A stretch of DNA of 64,000 nt from a virus (taxonomy: Duplodnaviria > Caudoviricetes): IMG/VR virus record IMGVR_UViG_3300010048_000002, positions 5,617 to 69,616 of that record; one strand, written 5' to 3'. The translations under genes and the position numbers were made by a program. Under the pieces are notes generated by a model. It had not been told where the DNA came from. It did not search any database and was given only the letters and a program-made list of their open reading frames with translations. Shown here one piece after another: positions 41,564-52,086 of this stretch (its first letter is position 1; every line of letters begins with the position of its first letter).

Positions 41564-42427
41564 TTACCTGTTGACGATTCGTCGCACCGGCGCCGGTGCG
41601 CCGACTCTGGGCGAAGTGCCGCTGCCGCCGTTAGTGGAAGCGTTGGCAGCTTCGCCAGGAGCTCTGAGATCCTTGCCTCTGTTCTTCAGGGCCTTGAGGA
41701 ACTCGTTGATGTCGGCGGGGAGAACTTTCGTGCCGTCGATGTTGCGGCAGCCGGGGCCCCACTTTCCCATCGGACCCGTGACGATGACGCGCTCGCCTTT
41801 GACGAAGTCCATCCACACTACGTCGTTGAACTTCGCGGCTACGAGAGCCCGGGCTTTGCCTGGCAGCAAAGGCACGATGCCTTCCCCAGTCTTCGCCGTC
41901 TGCCCGTCGATCTCGCCGCCCGTCTCTATGTAGTGCGTGATGACGATAACGTGGCACGGAAGCATGAAGAGCTTCTCGAGCACGTGGCGGATGCGTTTGT
42001 TGAACTCGGGGTACGCGCGGCGCCCATCGGGGCCGTTTCCGGTATCCGTCAAAGCGAGGCATTCCTCCTCGAGATGCGCGCCGAAGTCGCTGAGGGGATC
42101 CACGACGACGGTCTTCACCTTACCGGCTTCCGCCATCTTCTTGGCGTCGAGTAGAGCTTGCGTCATAGAATTCCACCCCTTGATGCGGTCGAACTCGAAG
42201 CTGTTGTAACGTTCCTTGGCGTACGTGAGGGCGTCGTCGGCCTCGCAGTTGAGAACGTAGACGGGGCGCGGCGAGGTCGTCACCGCAGCCGCGGTTTTGC
42301 CCACTTTCGGCACACCCATCACCAACAGCCTCAAGAAACCGCTCTTGTCCAGCGCACTAGCCGGAATCGGCATCTTCTCTACCTTTTCTGCACAATCGAT
42401 GTGCGGCGGCTTTGCCAGCGGCGGCAA
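41564..42427 (-). CDS. AAA_24/Sak4-like recombination ATPase
   Basis: Walker A GVPKVGKT, Walker B VVVDP, VIVITH. Confidence 0.8.
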   Translation of the reverse strand: MPPLAKPPHIDCAEKVEKMPIPASALDKSGFLRLLVMGVPKVGKTAAAVTTSPRPVYVLNCEADDALTYAKERYNSFEFDRIKGWNSMTQALLDAKKMAEAGKVKTVVVDPLSDFGAHLEEECLALTDTGNGPDGRRAYPEFNKRIRHVLEKLFMLPCHVIVITHYIETGGEIDGQTAKTGEGIVPLLPGKARALVAAKFNDVVWMDFVKGERVIVTGPMGKWGPGCRNIDGTKVLPADINEFLKALKNRGKDLRAPGEAANASTNGGSGTSPRVGAPAPVRRIVNR

Positions 42428-42520
42428 CTTCGTCCGGCGTTTCTCTCGCCGGTCCAGATTACGTAAGCGGAGTACCTACGAAACGCAAGTCATGCGTAAG
42501 CATAAAAACTCTCTACCGCT

Positions 42521-42558
42521 ATAAAAACTACGGCCCCCGGGGGTGAAGGCCGGGGGCC
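42521..42558 (-). terminator. Rho-independent terminator
   Basis: Stem ggcccccgg/ccgggggcc with a T-rich tail on the minus strand, after the hydrolase gene. Confidence 0.75.
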
Positions 42559-42654
42559 GGAGCCTTGTGCAGCAGGTGAGGCCTGTCGGGGTGGACAGGG
42601 CTTACGTGTAGGCAGTCTAGCAGCCATCACAGATGCCGCAAGCTTTGCGCCCGT

Positions 42655-43299
42655 TTACGTTGCGCAGACCCATCGGGGCAGGCCCCCCAGGAAGTCTTCC
42701 TGCACCACGTTGTAGTCGCACGCCACGCCGGCAATCGTTTCCGACGGGAGTAGCTGGTACATGCAGTACCCTCGGCGCTGGACTTGCGGCACGTCGGATT
42801 GGCTCTTCCAGTAACGGCTAACGTTGAGTTTGGTGAAAAGTGTGGCGCCGTCCAGGCCGCAAGCGGCGCCGACGTACAATCCGGTGTCGTAACCGGCGGC
42901 CCTTACGCTCGTGTTCCAGTTGTTAGCGTAGGCGATAACGACGTCTGTCGGTGCCGCGCTGGACACCCCTTCGAGATCCATCCACACGGTGACACCCGCG
43001 GGGATGCCGGCGGCGACGGCGTGAGCAGCCGCTACCGAGCCGTCTGCGGTGCCTTGCGACGCCGACGGGAGCCATCCGGGCACTCTCACGTGCTGCACTG
43101 GCATGAGCGCGAGGCCGGCGCTCAGCACAGCTTGTGTCTCATCTTGCGTCAAGTCGCCGAGGGATTCAGCTTCGCCAAGACTCAGATATCTGATTGCGAA
43201 CTTGAGGCCTTGCGCGGCCAGCGCAGCGGCGCTCGTGGCATTGAGTTTCGTATCGGTGTCGACGCCCAAAGCGCCGACGAAGGCCTGTTGGACAATCAT
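42655..43299 (-). CDS. DUF1906 glycoside hydrolase (GH25-like muramidase; endolysin candidate)
   Basis: GVDT, FAIRYLS, WMDLEG, GYDTGLY; leaderless start at 43299. Confidence 0.8.
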   Translation of the reverse strand: MIVQQAFVGALGVDTDTKLNATSAAALAAQGLKFAIRYLSLGEAESLGDLTQDETQAVLSAGLALMPVQHVRVPGWLPSASQGTADGSVAAAHAVAAGIPAGVTVWMDLEGVSSAAPTDVVIAYANNWNTSVRAAGYDTGLYVGAACGLDGATLFTKLNVSRYWKSQSDVPQVQRRGYCMYQLLPSETIAGVACDYNVVQEDFLGGLPRWVCAT

Positions 43300-43339
43300 G
43301 CGGATAGGGTACCACACTCCGTCTGCTATGCTTATGGGG
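43300..43339. promoter_or_regulatory. Back-to-back extended -10 leaderless promoters
   Basis: Minus: TGg-TACCCT-6 nt-ATG(43299). Plus: TGc-TATGCT-7 nt-GTG(43340). Confidence 0.55.
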
Positions 43340-43801
43340 GTGAAGCTAGATATAGCTCAGCTACAAGCACTGGCCCTCAGCGTCGGGTTCCCGGCGGCTA
43401 GTGTGCCGACCGCGGCGGCCGTCGCGATGGCGGAGAGCGGGGGCAACCCTCAAGCCGTAGGCGACTTGAACATCACCCCCGGCGGCAGCGAGGGTCTCTG
43501 GCAGATCAACCTCAAGGCGCACCCGTCGTATGACGCCGCTCGCTTGTTTGATCCTGCATACAACGCGCAAGCGGCGCTGGCCATCAGCTCCGGGGGCACC
43601 AACTGGAATCCGTGGAGCACCTTCAAGTCGGGCGCCTACCAGAAGTATCTCGGGCCGTTTGCACCGGGCGCGCTGCCGGCATCTCCGGCTAAGACGTCAG
43701 CGCTACTCGTCGCTGGCTTGCTGGTCGGCGGCGCCGCTGCAACAGCGTGGCTAATCCACAACCCACGCGTCGTGAGGCGCTTCGTCAGGCGCTTCGCCTA
43801 A
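43340..43801 (+). CDS. Lytic transglycosylase with C-terminal TM anchor
   Basis: AVAMAESGGNPQA, GLWQIN, LFDPAYNA, WNPW; TM plus RRFVRR tail. Confidence 0.85.
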   Translation: MKLDIAQLQALALSVGFPAASVPTAAAVAMAESGGNPQAVGDLNITPGGSEGLWQINLKAHPSYDAARLFDPAYNAQAALAISSGGTNWNPWSTFKSGAYQKYLGPFAPGALPASPAKTSALLVAGLLVGGAAATAWLIHNPRVVRRFVRRFA

Positions 43802-44247
43802 GCTGCGCGCTGAGCCTTCAGACTAGAGCCCAAGAACAACGTCGTCGTCTGTCCGCTCGTCTTGCTCGCGACCTCAATCGTCACGACGCCCGCCGTGGAA
43901 CCGTTGGTGATGGTGAAGCGAATCATGTCCGGAGCCGGTGTCGTAGCCACCGTGTGCAGAGCCGTCGACGTCAACGTGTTGATGGCTGTGAGGCGCTGGT
44001 AGCTCAACGTCGTAATCGCTGACGTAGATGACTTCACCCAACCTTCGATGGTGGCACCGGTGGGAGCGGCAACGGCGTAGGCGATGCCGCCCGTCGATGA
44101 GCACTGCGCGGTGATCTGGCAATCGACGATCCATACTTCGTTGGCGCCGATGCTGAACGACAGCGCTGTAGGCTGCGCGCTGGTCGACGTCGTCGTGAAG
44201 TTCGACGTGAGTCGTAGCGCTAAGAGTTGCCGTAGAAGCTGCCTCAT
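43798..44247 (-). CDS. Beta-rich structural protein
   Basis: Thr-rich beta patterns; coupled to 44247-45059. Confidence 0.45.
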   Translation of the reverse strand: MRQLLRQLLALRLTSNFTTTSTSAQPTALSFSIGANEVWIVDCQITAQCSSTGGIAYAVAAPTGATIEGWVKSSTSAITTLSYQRLTAINTLTSTALHTVATTPAPDMIRFTITNGSTAGVVTIEVASKTSGQTTTLFLGSSLKAQRAA

Positions 44248-45059
44248 TATGCGTCAGGCACGGTGTAGCGCACGATGCACTGCCCCGCACCAGCGGCGGG
44301 GGTGCCCGCCACTGTCACCAGCACCGCGAGGGCGCTCGAACCCCACGCCGTATCCTGGTCGACGGCATACAGCCCAGCGACAGTCGCCAGGTTGTCGCCG
44401 GTGCCCATCAGCAACGCCGCGCTGCCTGTCTGACCGACGGTTATGGTCGCACCGGCCGAATACGGTGTCGTGATGTCGAGCTCCGCCGAGACAGCGATGG
44501 CGTTGGCCGGAATCTGCGTCGCTGATGACTGGCTCGCCGCATTCGTGATGGCGAAGCGAATCTCGCGCACAGCGCCGGTGACCTGCGTACCGGCGGCGTT
44601 CTGCCACGCGGAGCCGTCCCAGATGTAGATTCTGTCGGCCGAGAAGGTAACGGTGCCGCCGGAGAAGGCAGCAGCGCAGACGATGAAGCGCCCGGTGGCG
44701 GCAGCAAGAACCGTCACCGTGCCGCTGTTGGAGCCGTCATCCCAAAGGAGCTGCCCTATGGTAGCGTTAGCCCCTGAAGTCGTGACGACGTAGAACTGCT
44801 CCGTGGAGCTGTTGGACGGCAAGGCGCTGCCGCCGTTGAACTGCTGGGCGACGTAGTACCTGGCGGCTAGCTGGTCGCAATATGTTTTCGTGACTAGGTC
44901 GTTATCGCCAACGGGGGCGGCCCCGCGCACGACGACGAAGCCGGTATCGCCGGAGTTACGCGCCTCGATGACGCTGGAGTTGTTCTTCAGTTGGGGCCCG
45001 CCGAGACCAATCTGGAAGAAGGTCTCGATGGTGCCTTTGATCTTGCGCCAGACGCTCAT
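44247..45059 (-). CDS. Virion structural protein (beta-rich)
   Basis: Composition typical of fibre or vertex proteins. Confidence 0.5.
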   Translation of the reverse strand: MSVWRKIKGTIETFFQIGLGGPQLKNNSSVIEARNSGDTGFVVVRGAAPVGDNDLVTKTYCDQLAARYYVAQQFNGGSALPSNSSTEQFYVVTTSGANATIGQLLWDDGSNSGTVTVLAAATGRFIVCAAAFSGGTVTFSADRIYIWDGSAWQNAAGTQVTGAVREIRFAITNAASQSSATQIPANAIAVSAELDITTPYSAGATITVGQTGSAALLMGTGDNLATVAGLYAVDQDTAWGSSALAVLVTVAGTPAAGAGQCIVRYTVPDA

Positions 45060-45858
45060 GCGTACACCTTGTGAGGCTCGTCAGCCTACTGTGTACAGCA
45101 GTATGCCAGATCCTATAGATGACGCACCCAACGATAGAGTCATCAGGAGTGTGTCCGACACCGACGCAACAATTGCGCTATCGCCACAGAACTGCCCGGC
45201 TTCTGTCAGCGGCACTTGGAAGGCCGAGGGGGCTGCGCTGACGCCGAAGGCAGCCGTCGCCGCCAGATCGTCGAACGGTGTAACAACGATGATGGCGTAG
45301 CTTGTGACGACTTTGCCGGCGTAGAGAGTGCCTAGAACCGTCAAGGGGGCGGAACCGACGCCGAAGTTCACGATGGAGGTAATGTCCCCGCTACCAACCG
45401 GCGCGGGCGGCTTTACGATGCCGTACAGCGCATAGCTTATGAGATGCTCGATGCGAGCGAGCTTCCGGCCGCCCGCTGTCTTGTCGCCGGGCTTCACGAC
45501 GGCTTCGTGAGGGCTTCCTCGCGCTCTCTTTTGATGAAGTCCTTCGCGCGACGTATCGCGGCGTCTAGTTGCGCCTTGTGGCAATCCTCATCGGCGACGA
45601 CGCAACAAAAACGACACCCTTCAGCGGCTAAGAGAGCCGCTAGGAGTTGCTTCAGAACGTCGCTAGCCCGTTCAGCCATTGCTGTCGGCACCAGTGTCGC
45701 CGTCGTACAAGGAGGCTGCGCGCAACGATACGTCGGCCAGCGCCCGCATGGCGGCGGCGACAGCTTTGTCATCCTTGGCGCTCTCTAGCGCCATTATACT
45801 TGCCTTCAGCTCACGTGTGAGCCGGCGTATGGCCTCGATGTGTAGTCGCGTATCCAAT

Positions 45859-46392
45859 TCAGCACCCTAGCACTTTGCACGCCGGTTTCAGGTCCACGTC
45901 CTTCACGTCGCCGTCCGGCATGACGACGTTGCCGATGTCCTCACGCATGAAGCTCTCGGGGTCCTCGTTGTGCTCGAGGCCCCACATATGCCCCAGTTCG
46001 TGAATCACGATAGCGCGCGTAAGCGCCCCCGGCACTACGTCGATGACGCCTGTGTCCTGATGGCACAGTCCCACAATCACGCTCCCCTTGGACGTCAATC
46101 CCAATTCGCCGCGCTGCCACTTGTGGAAGTGAAAGAGGCTCCATCTAACACTCTCCTCCTCCATCACCAGGTGCCCTTTGGAGGCTTTCTCCCACGCTGC
46201 TACCGCACTTCGGATGTCGTGGGCCTCCTCGTCAGTGAAGCGCGCGTCGATACTGTAGCCGGCGACGTGAGTCACGCGATAGCCGATGGCCCCGTGGGGA
46301 TGGAAGCACGAGACACAAAACAGCATGACGCTCGCAGCTAGCAGCATGGCTGTCAAACCCGATATCTGTGCGATTCTCTCGAGGGATGGCAT
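45859..46392 (-). CDS. Metzincin (matrixin-like) metallopeptidase with signal/TM
   Basis: HELGHMWGLEH plus Met-turn SFM; promoter TGc-TAAGCT-7 nt-ATG. Confidence 0.8.
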   Translation of the reverse strand: MPSLERIAQISGLTAMLLAASVMLFCVSCFHPHGAIGYRVTHVAGYSIDARFTDEEAHDIRSAVAAWEKASKGHLVMEEESVRWSLFHFHKWQRGELGLTSKGSVIVGLCHQDTGVIDVVPGALTRAIVIHELGHMWGLEHNEDPESFMREDIGNVVMPDGDVKDVDLKPACKVLGC

Positions 46393-46409
46393 ACCCGTAA
46401 GCTTAGCAG

Positions 46410-47507
46410 TTACGGCCCCACCGCCAACGTGCAGTACCCTCCCCAAGGGCCGGTGATGGAGTTACGCCAGTTCTGCTGGATAAGCCACGGTTCGCCCCCC
46501 AACGTCATATTGGCGAAGGCGCCCCCCGGCACCCAGAAGGCAGGGTCGAACCGCCAGGCGCACTTGTCCGCGCTCTCCATTCCGTTGAGCAAGTCCCCCC
46601 AGGCCGGAGTGATGGCGGGGTCCGGGTCGTCGATGGATTCAGCGAGCTCGTGGGCGAGACCGTTGGCCATTCCATCCGTCGGCCAATCCCCATGGGGGCT
46701 ATCACCGGCATCGTACTGCGAGCTGTACGAGATGATGGTGCATCCGTACTCGCAGGTGTAATCGACAATGCCGCCATCGACAGGTACTTCTGGCGCGTAG
46801 TCGGGCAGGTAGATGTAGCGCAGCGTCTCTTGGCCGGCGTCGACAGTTTGCGAAAAGCTACTATGGTACGCGCAGAAGCCGGTGCACGAGTTGAAGCCGC
46901 TGTAGGTGACATCTGGGCTCGATGAAACCACGTAAACCCCTTGGGGGTCGTACGGGACAGCTCCCGAGGCCAGCGCGCCGATAACTACGGCCTGCACACC
47001 GGTGTCGCCGCCGATATCGGGGCCGTCCGGATACCCCAGAGACACCAGCCCCGCCACCTGTAACTGCGTCGCCGGCACGGCGACACCGCCATCCAACAGC
47101 GCGACCTCCAGGTTGTCTTCGATGGCGATCCACTTGGAGCCCGAGAGCTCGCTGACGAACCGCGCCAACGTCGCTTGCTTGACGGCGTCACCGGCGGCTT
47201 TCCAGTCGCCGTACCAGAGGAAGTAGACGCGCACGGGGTTCGTCAGTACGGCACCCCCCTGGTACTGCATCGGGCCCCACGTCTCTGGCGCTAGGTCCAG
47301 ACTCGGCGCTACGCCGTAGGCATCGACATCCCCAAAAGGCACAGGGGCGTCTAAGCTCGACGAAGCATCCGTAGCGCTGTCGCCGCCGTTGTCGGGCCCC
47401 CACCCGTGCGGCGACGACGCCGCACACGCGAAGGGCGCGAAGGCGCACATAAACGCCGCCAGAATCCAGAGCACCATTCTCATCACCGGCTTCATCACCA
47501 GCTTCAT
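46410..47507 (-). CDS. Phi-1/EXORDIUM-like lipoprotein
   Basis: GGAVLTNPVRVYFLWYGDW, GVYVV, FCAYHS, LAHELAESIDDP, ESADKCAW. Confidence 0.7.
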   Translation of the reverse strand: MKLVMKPVMRMVLWILAAFMCAFAPFACAASSPHGWGPDNGGDSATDASSSLDAPVPFGDVDAYGVAPSLDLAPETWGPMQYQGGAVLTNPVRVYFLWYGDWKAAGDAVKQATLARFVSELSGSKWIAIEDNLEVALLDGGVAVPATQLQVAGLVSLGYPDGPDIGGDTGVQAVVIGALASGAVPYDPQGVYVVSSSPDVTYSGFNSCTGFCAYHSSFSQTVDAGQETLRYIYLPDYAPEVPVDGGIVDYTCEYGCTIISYSSQYDAGDSPHGDWPTDGMANGLAHELAESIDDPDPAITPAWGDLLNGMESADKCAWRFDPAFWVPGGAFANMTLGGEPWLIQQNWRNSITGPWGGYCTLAVGP

Positions 47508-48634
47508 TACTTCCCCCTGTCGTTCTCGGCGCGCAGTTCTTGGCGCTCTGTCGTGACTAAGCACCCCTTCTTGCGAAGCTGCGCCAAGACTTTCTCGCCT
47601 TCGACGACGCCCAGCGCCTTCGTGACGCTGCTCTTACTGAGCGTCTCGTACTCACGAGAGACGAAGTCTAACACTTTGCCGTCGGGCCTCGTGACGGGGC
47701 CGTTGGCGGAAACGTACCCACGAATCTCCTCGCCAAGCCTTTCAGCGAGCTCCTTGTATTGCTGCAACGCGAGGTGAATCGCGCCGACACGCTCCGGCGT
47801 CAACGCCAGCCTGCCCGCTCCGCCGCGTTTCAGTTCCACCAGCATCGAGGATTGCGTGGGGCAGCTCGTCAAAGCGGGGCAGTAGCGACACACCTCGCCG
47901 GGGCTCATCGACGTACCGCGCCGTTGCCACGCATCGGCAAGGGCTTCTGCATGTGCGTCGAGGCGCTTCTTACTCACGGTGTCGGCGTAGATGGTGGCGA
48001 GGCCCTCACCGCGCCGGGGGGCGTGGGCCAGTGCCAGAATGACTTCCTTGGCGGGGTAGAGATGCAACAAAGCCGTCGCAAGACTAAGGAGCTGCCCCGA
48101 CTCTCCTGGCTCCGGTACGTCGTCGCCCGTCTTGTAATCCAGCACGCATAGGTACTCGTTGCGACGCCAGAAGATGACGTCGGCGGTACCCGGCAACTCC
48201 GTCTCGTAGTCGCAGTCGGGATACTCGTGGGTGGCTTCGTTGGGGGATTCGCACTCCCTTGCCGTGTAGCTCTCCACCTCGTAGGCGACGCTGAACTCGT
48301 ACTTGGCGAAGCCTTTGCTGTAGAAGTCTTTCTTGAAGGGGTTGCCCCCCTTCATCCACTTGAGGAAGACTGGCCAACTCTGACTTGTCAGCGCCTCTAC
48401 TTCCTTCGAGTCGACTTTGAAGGCGTCACCGGCATCGACGCACGCCTTTCGCAGCGGTGCTCCCATAAGGGTGTTTTCAGCCCCCAGGCGCGCGAATACG
48501 TCGTGGCACGCGGTACCGAACCGCGAGGCGTCGCTGCCGGTATCGCGGGGCGCCTTACGCCCCCACGGCCAGGCACACGCTAACAAAGCGTCCGTCTTAC
48601 TCATCGTGGGGCGGATGATGACTTCGTCGCTCAC
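47507..48634 (-). CDS. PD-(D/E)XK (Cas4/RecB-like) exonuclease
   Basis: FGTACH, GTADVI, LDYKTG, GQL, C-terminal CRYCPALTSCP. Confidence 0.8.
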   Translation of the reverse strand: MSDEVIIRPTMSKTDALLACAWPWGRKAPRDTGSDASRFGTACHDVFARLGAENTLMGAPLRKACVDAGDAFKVDSKEVEALTSQSWPVFLKWMKGGNPFKKDFYSKGFAKYEFSVAYEVESYTARECESPNEATHEYPDCDYETELPGTADVIFWRRNEYLCVLDYKTGDDVPEPGESGQLLSLATALLHLYPAKEVILALAHAPRRGEGLATIYADTVSKKRLDAHAEALADAWQRRGTSMSPGEVCRYCPALTSCPTQSSMLVELKRGGAGRLALTPERVGAIHLALQQYKELAERLGEEIRGYVSANGPVTRPDGKVLDFVSREYETLSKSSVTKALGVVEGEKVLAQLRKKGCLVTTERQELRAENDRGK

Positions 48635-49512
48635 TTGCGCCTCAATGCTTGCTTGTCGCGCCTCTCGAAGAACCAAGCAACGATGACCAGTACGAGAAGC
48701 GCCACGACAGCCGGCGCTAGCACGAACATGATGAGGCCCCGCCACATCTCTGCTAGGAACCTAGCCACTGCGCATCACCTCATCGCACCGGAGGCGGTAC
48801 TTGTTGCTCCAAGCGACGAAGACATCGGCGAGGCGGCCGGCGCCGACACCGACCTTCAGATAGCGTGTCGGATACCGTCGGGGCTTCCAGTAAAGCTTGT
48901 CGCCTCGTTTCAATGAGGCATCGGCTAGACGAAGCCACAAGCCGGCGACGATGAGCGCGACGTCGGCCAGCGACAGTAACCAGAGGATGTGGAGGATGCG
49001 CATGGCTTGCTTTTTCTATGCCCTAGCTTTCCGCTCGACGAGATTCTGCTCACCCCACCTACGCGCGATGGCGTTACGGATGCGGAGACGTTCGCCGTAG
49101 CCTGCCTTGACGGTGATTGTAGACGCGCTTGGCGGCAGGCGTGTTCAACGGAGCGCCTTCGAGCTCGTCGATGCGCACGGTAACGGTAGCTTGCTTCATC
49201 GGCGCACCTGCTTAGCGCGCCGCGCCTCCTCGCGCCTCGTGCTCCACGGCGCCGCGACGCGAATCTTTCGCCCCCGCATGTCGACGCCCACGACTACGTA
49301 AGGCATCCCCGAGCGCCACGTCGTCGGCGCAACCGGTTCGTCGGAAGCCTCAGTCAACCCAGAGTCACCAGCCATTGTCTTCACCCTTTCACACCCCGCA
49401 CCCTGCTGCGTCCTCCAAGCATCGGAGCCTTGTGAGGAGCTCTCATAAGTCGTATACAACCTATCCGCGCTCGACGCAAGGTATGCGCGCCGGCAGCCAA
49501 GGGTGAAGACGG

Positions 49513-50967
49513 ATGTCTGATAAGAAGCGTAAGCCTTCCGGCAACGATGTAAGTAAGCGTAAGCCAGTCACAGACAAGTGGCAGAACCTACTCGTAGTAG
49601 TTACGACGAAGAACGGCTCCTACGTGAAGCCGTGCGGCGCCAACGTCTCTATTATCCTGTGTCACCATGAGGCGTGGCGGGGTGTGCTCGCCTACGACGA
49701 ATTCGCGGGGACAATTGTCTTCCGCCGTGAGGCCCCGTGGCACGCTGAGGATCGCATCGGGAAGCAGACCGGCACCCCGTGGCAGGACGACGACGCCGTC
49801 AGGCTAACGCACTGGCTGTCGCGCAGCACCTACGAGATCACCGTCGCCACCTCTATGGCGCAGGAGATTGTCAACGTCGTCGCCAAGAAGAACGCCTTTC
49901 ATCCCGTGAAGGAATGGCTGGAGGCGCTTCGCTGGGATGGCACTCGAAGGCTTGACGACTGGCTGACGCGCCTCGCCGGTGCCGACGACACGAAGGTGAA
50001 TCGCGCCATCGCCGCCAAGTTTTTGCTGGCCGCTGTCGCTCGCGTCTACGAGCCGGGATGCAAAGTCGATACGGTGCCCATTCTCGAGGGTGACCAGGGT
50101 ATCGGGAAGAGCACGTTGATTCGCGCGCTGTGCCCCTATCCCGAGTGGTTTCTCGAGACAGCCATCGAGCTGGGTAACCTGGACTCCTTCCAGGCGTTGC
50201 GGGGCAAGTGGATCGTCGAGCTAGCGGAGCTCGACTCGCTGAATCGCAGCGAGCTGTCACGCGTGAAGGCGTACATCACGAGTCAGCAAGACACGTTCCG
50301 CAAAAGCTACGGGCGCATCGCGCAGACGTTCCCGCGAAGGTGCGTCTTCTCAGGCACCACCAACGCCGACGAGTATCTGAAGGACGACACCGGGGGGCGC
50401 CGGTTCTGGCCCGTGAAGGTATCCCGCGTCGACGTCGAGGGGCTGAAGAAGGAGCGTAACCAGCTCTGGGCCGAAGCTGTCGTTCGCTACAAGAAGAAGG
50501 AGCGGTGGCACCTCACCGACAAGGCGCTGCTCGGCGAATTCGAGAAAGTGCAAGAGACGAGGCGCCAGGTGCACCCCTGGGAGCCCATCATCGCCAGGTA
50601 CCTTCAGCTTGGCTACTACACCGAGAACAAGTACGACAACACGCGCGAGTTCCACGCGCCCCCCGGGAAGGCGGTGACGATGGAGACCATCCTCACGGGG
50701 CCCTTGGGACTGGATGTCTCTCGCGTCGGCCGCGGGGAGCACATGATCGTGGGCGCGATCCTCCGCAAACTGGGGTGGCGCCGGAGGCAAACGTACATCG
50801 GCAGCGAGTACAGCGGCTACGAGTACGCGCGACCCGCTAAGGCTGAGGCGAAGCAGGCTCAAGTAATAAACCTGCGGGAAAGACGCGGAGCCGACCAACA
50901 CCCACCGACTAGAATAGAGGAACAAAAACCCCGTGGGATGGGGAAGACTCCTTCAGAGGGGGGGTAG
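49513..50967 (+). CDS. VapE (virulence-associated E) helicase/NTPase
   Basis: FHPVKEWL, WDGTRRLD, Walker A GDQGIGKS, ELAELD, GTTN, DDTGGRRFWPV. Confidence 0.9.
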   Translation: MSDKKRKPSGNDVSKRKPVTDKWQNLLVVVTTKNGSYVKPCGANVSIILCHHEAWRGVLAYDEFAGTIVFRREAPWHAEDRIGKQTGTPWQDDDAVRLTHWLSRSTYEITVATSMAQEIVNVVAKKNAFHPVKEWLEALRWDGTRRLDDWLTRLAGADDTKVNRAIAAKFLLAAVARVYEPGCKVDTVPILEGDQGIGKSTLIRALCPYPEWFLETAIELGNLDSFQALRGKWIVELAELDSLNRSELSRVKAYITSQQDTFRKSYGRIAQTFPRRCVFSGTTNADEYLKDDTGGRRFWPVKVSRVDVEGLKKERNQLWAEAVVRYKKKERWHLTDKALLGEFEKVQETRRQVHPWEPIIARYLQLGYYTENKYDNTREFHAPPGKAVTMETILTGPLGLDVSRVGRGEHMIVGAILRKLGWRRRQTYIGSEYSGYEYARPAKAEAKQAQVINLRERRGADQHPPTRIEEQKPRGMGKTPSEGG

Positions 50968-51020
50968 TTTTCCTCTATAAAGTGTTGTTTGTCTATTCTA
51001 GTTGGTTGGTTGGTTAGTAT

Positions 51021-51461
51021 ATGGGAAAAGAGGCTGTAATGAAGAGGGGTATAGTAGGCAGAGCTTCGAGCAGAGCAGTAGACGATACTGTGCCTGTTGG
51101 CCTAGTGTACCTTGCACAGGTTTTCGACGAAGACGGTCCGGGGGTCGTGAAGGTGGGGTACTCGACTAACCCGCAGGAGCGGGTTGCGCGCATTGCGGCT
51201 CAGATGGGCGCCGATGGCACAAGGGTATCTCTGCGTCTTTTGGCTGTTTTTCGTGGTAGTGCCCGAGATGAGTACGACCTACACTACAGCTTGCGTAAGA
51301 CTCATGCGTCGTACAACACTCACCTGCCCGCCGGCACGAAGGGCTCGGCGAGCGGCTGGTACGACGACGATGAGCGCCTGCGGTACGTCTTCAAGAAGAT
51401 GGCTAGGCTGCGCGGAGGCATGGTGTATGAGTGGCCGTCGCCAGACGAAACGGCGCGCTGA
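51021..51461 (+). CDS. GIY-YIG/T5orf172-like protein
   Basis: LVYLAQ..VVKVGYSTNPQERV. Confidence 0.7.
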   Translation: MGKEAVMKRGIVGRASSRAVDDTVPVGLVYLAQVFDEDGPGVVKVGYSTNPQERVARIAAQMGADGTRVSLRLLAVFRGSARDEYDLHYSLRKTHASYNTHLPAGTKGSASGWYDDDERLRYVFKKMARLRGGMVYEWPSPDETAR

Positions 51462-52086
51462 GCTGCGGCATCGTAGCCCCCAGTAGGTATAGAGGATGCC
51501 TAACGTGCCCATCACCGACGAAGACCGTGAGTGTCTCCGTATCGTCGACGACATACTACGGCAGGTTCACGATCTCGTGAATCAGCAGCGCATACCGCCG
51601 AATACGGTCGTACAGGCTTTGCTGACAGTGCTGGCGCGCATCATCGGGCAACAGCCGGAACCCCTCAAGCCTCTCGTCATCTGTGTACGCGCCCTCATTG
51701 CGGCGACGATGGCTGAGGCGCGCAGTCGTGGATGTAATGTCTCCCCCGAAGCCGCCACGAAGGCCATCATGGAGGCCGCCACCGTCGACATCGCTGTCAT
51801 GCACGTCGACACAGTGACCGGCAAAACACATGAGGAACTCGTCTCGCGTGGCACTGACGCTGTCGACGACACAGACAAGAAGAAGGTGAACTGACAGATG
51901 TAACTATGCCGAAAGACGCAGACAAGGCCGCATTGATGGCGTTATTCAAAGCCCCCACGCCGTCTACTCATTCTCGGTCAAGGAGCTGTCGCGAGAATAG
52001 GAGGCGCGGCTGGACGCATCGGCGCTCAACAGCCGTAAGGGGCGTGACGTGTAGCCGCCACGTCTGCGTGTGTTACACTGTTGCAC

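Noticed and set aside
43393-43405. Partial match (gcggctagtgtgc) to spacer 57700-57732
   Set aside because: Only 13 nt with mismatched flanks; expected by chance in GC-rich DNA.
47507-48634. Cas4-like nuclease as the adaptation module for the array
   Set aside because: It is 9 kb away among replication and recombination genes, there is no cas1/cas2, and solo Cas4-like nucleases are common in phages.
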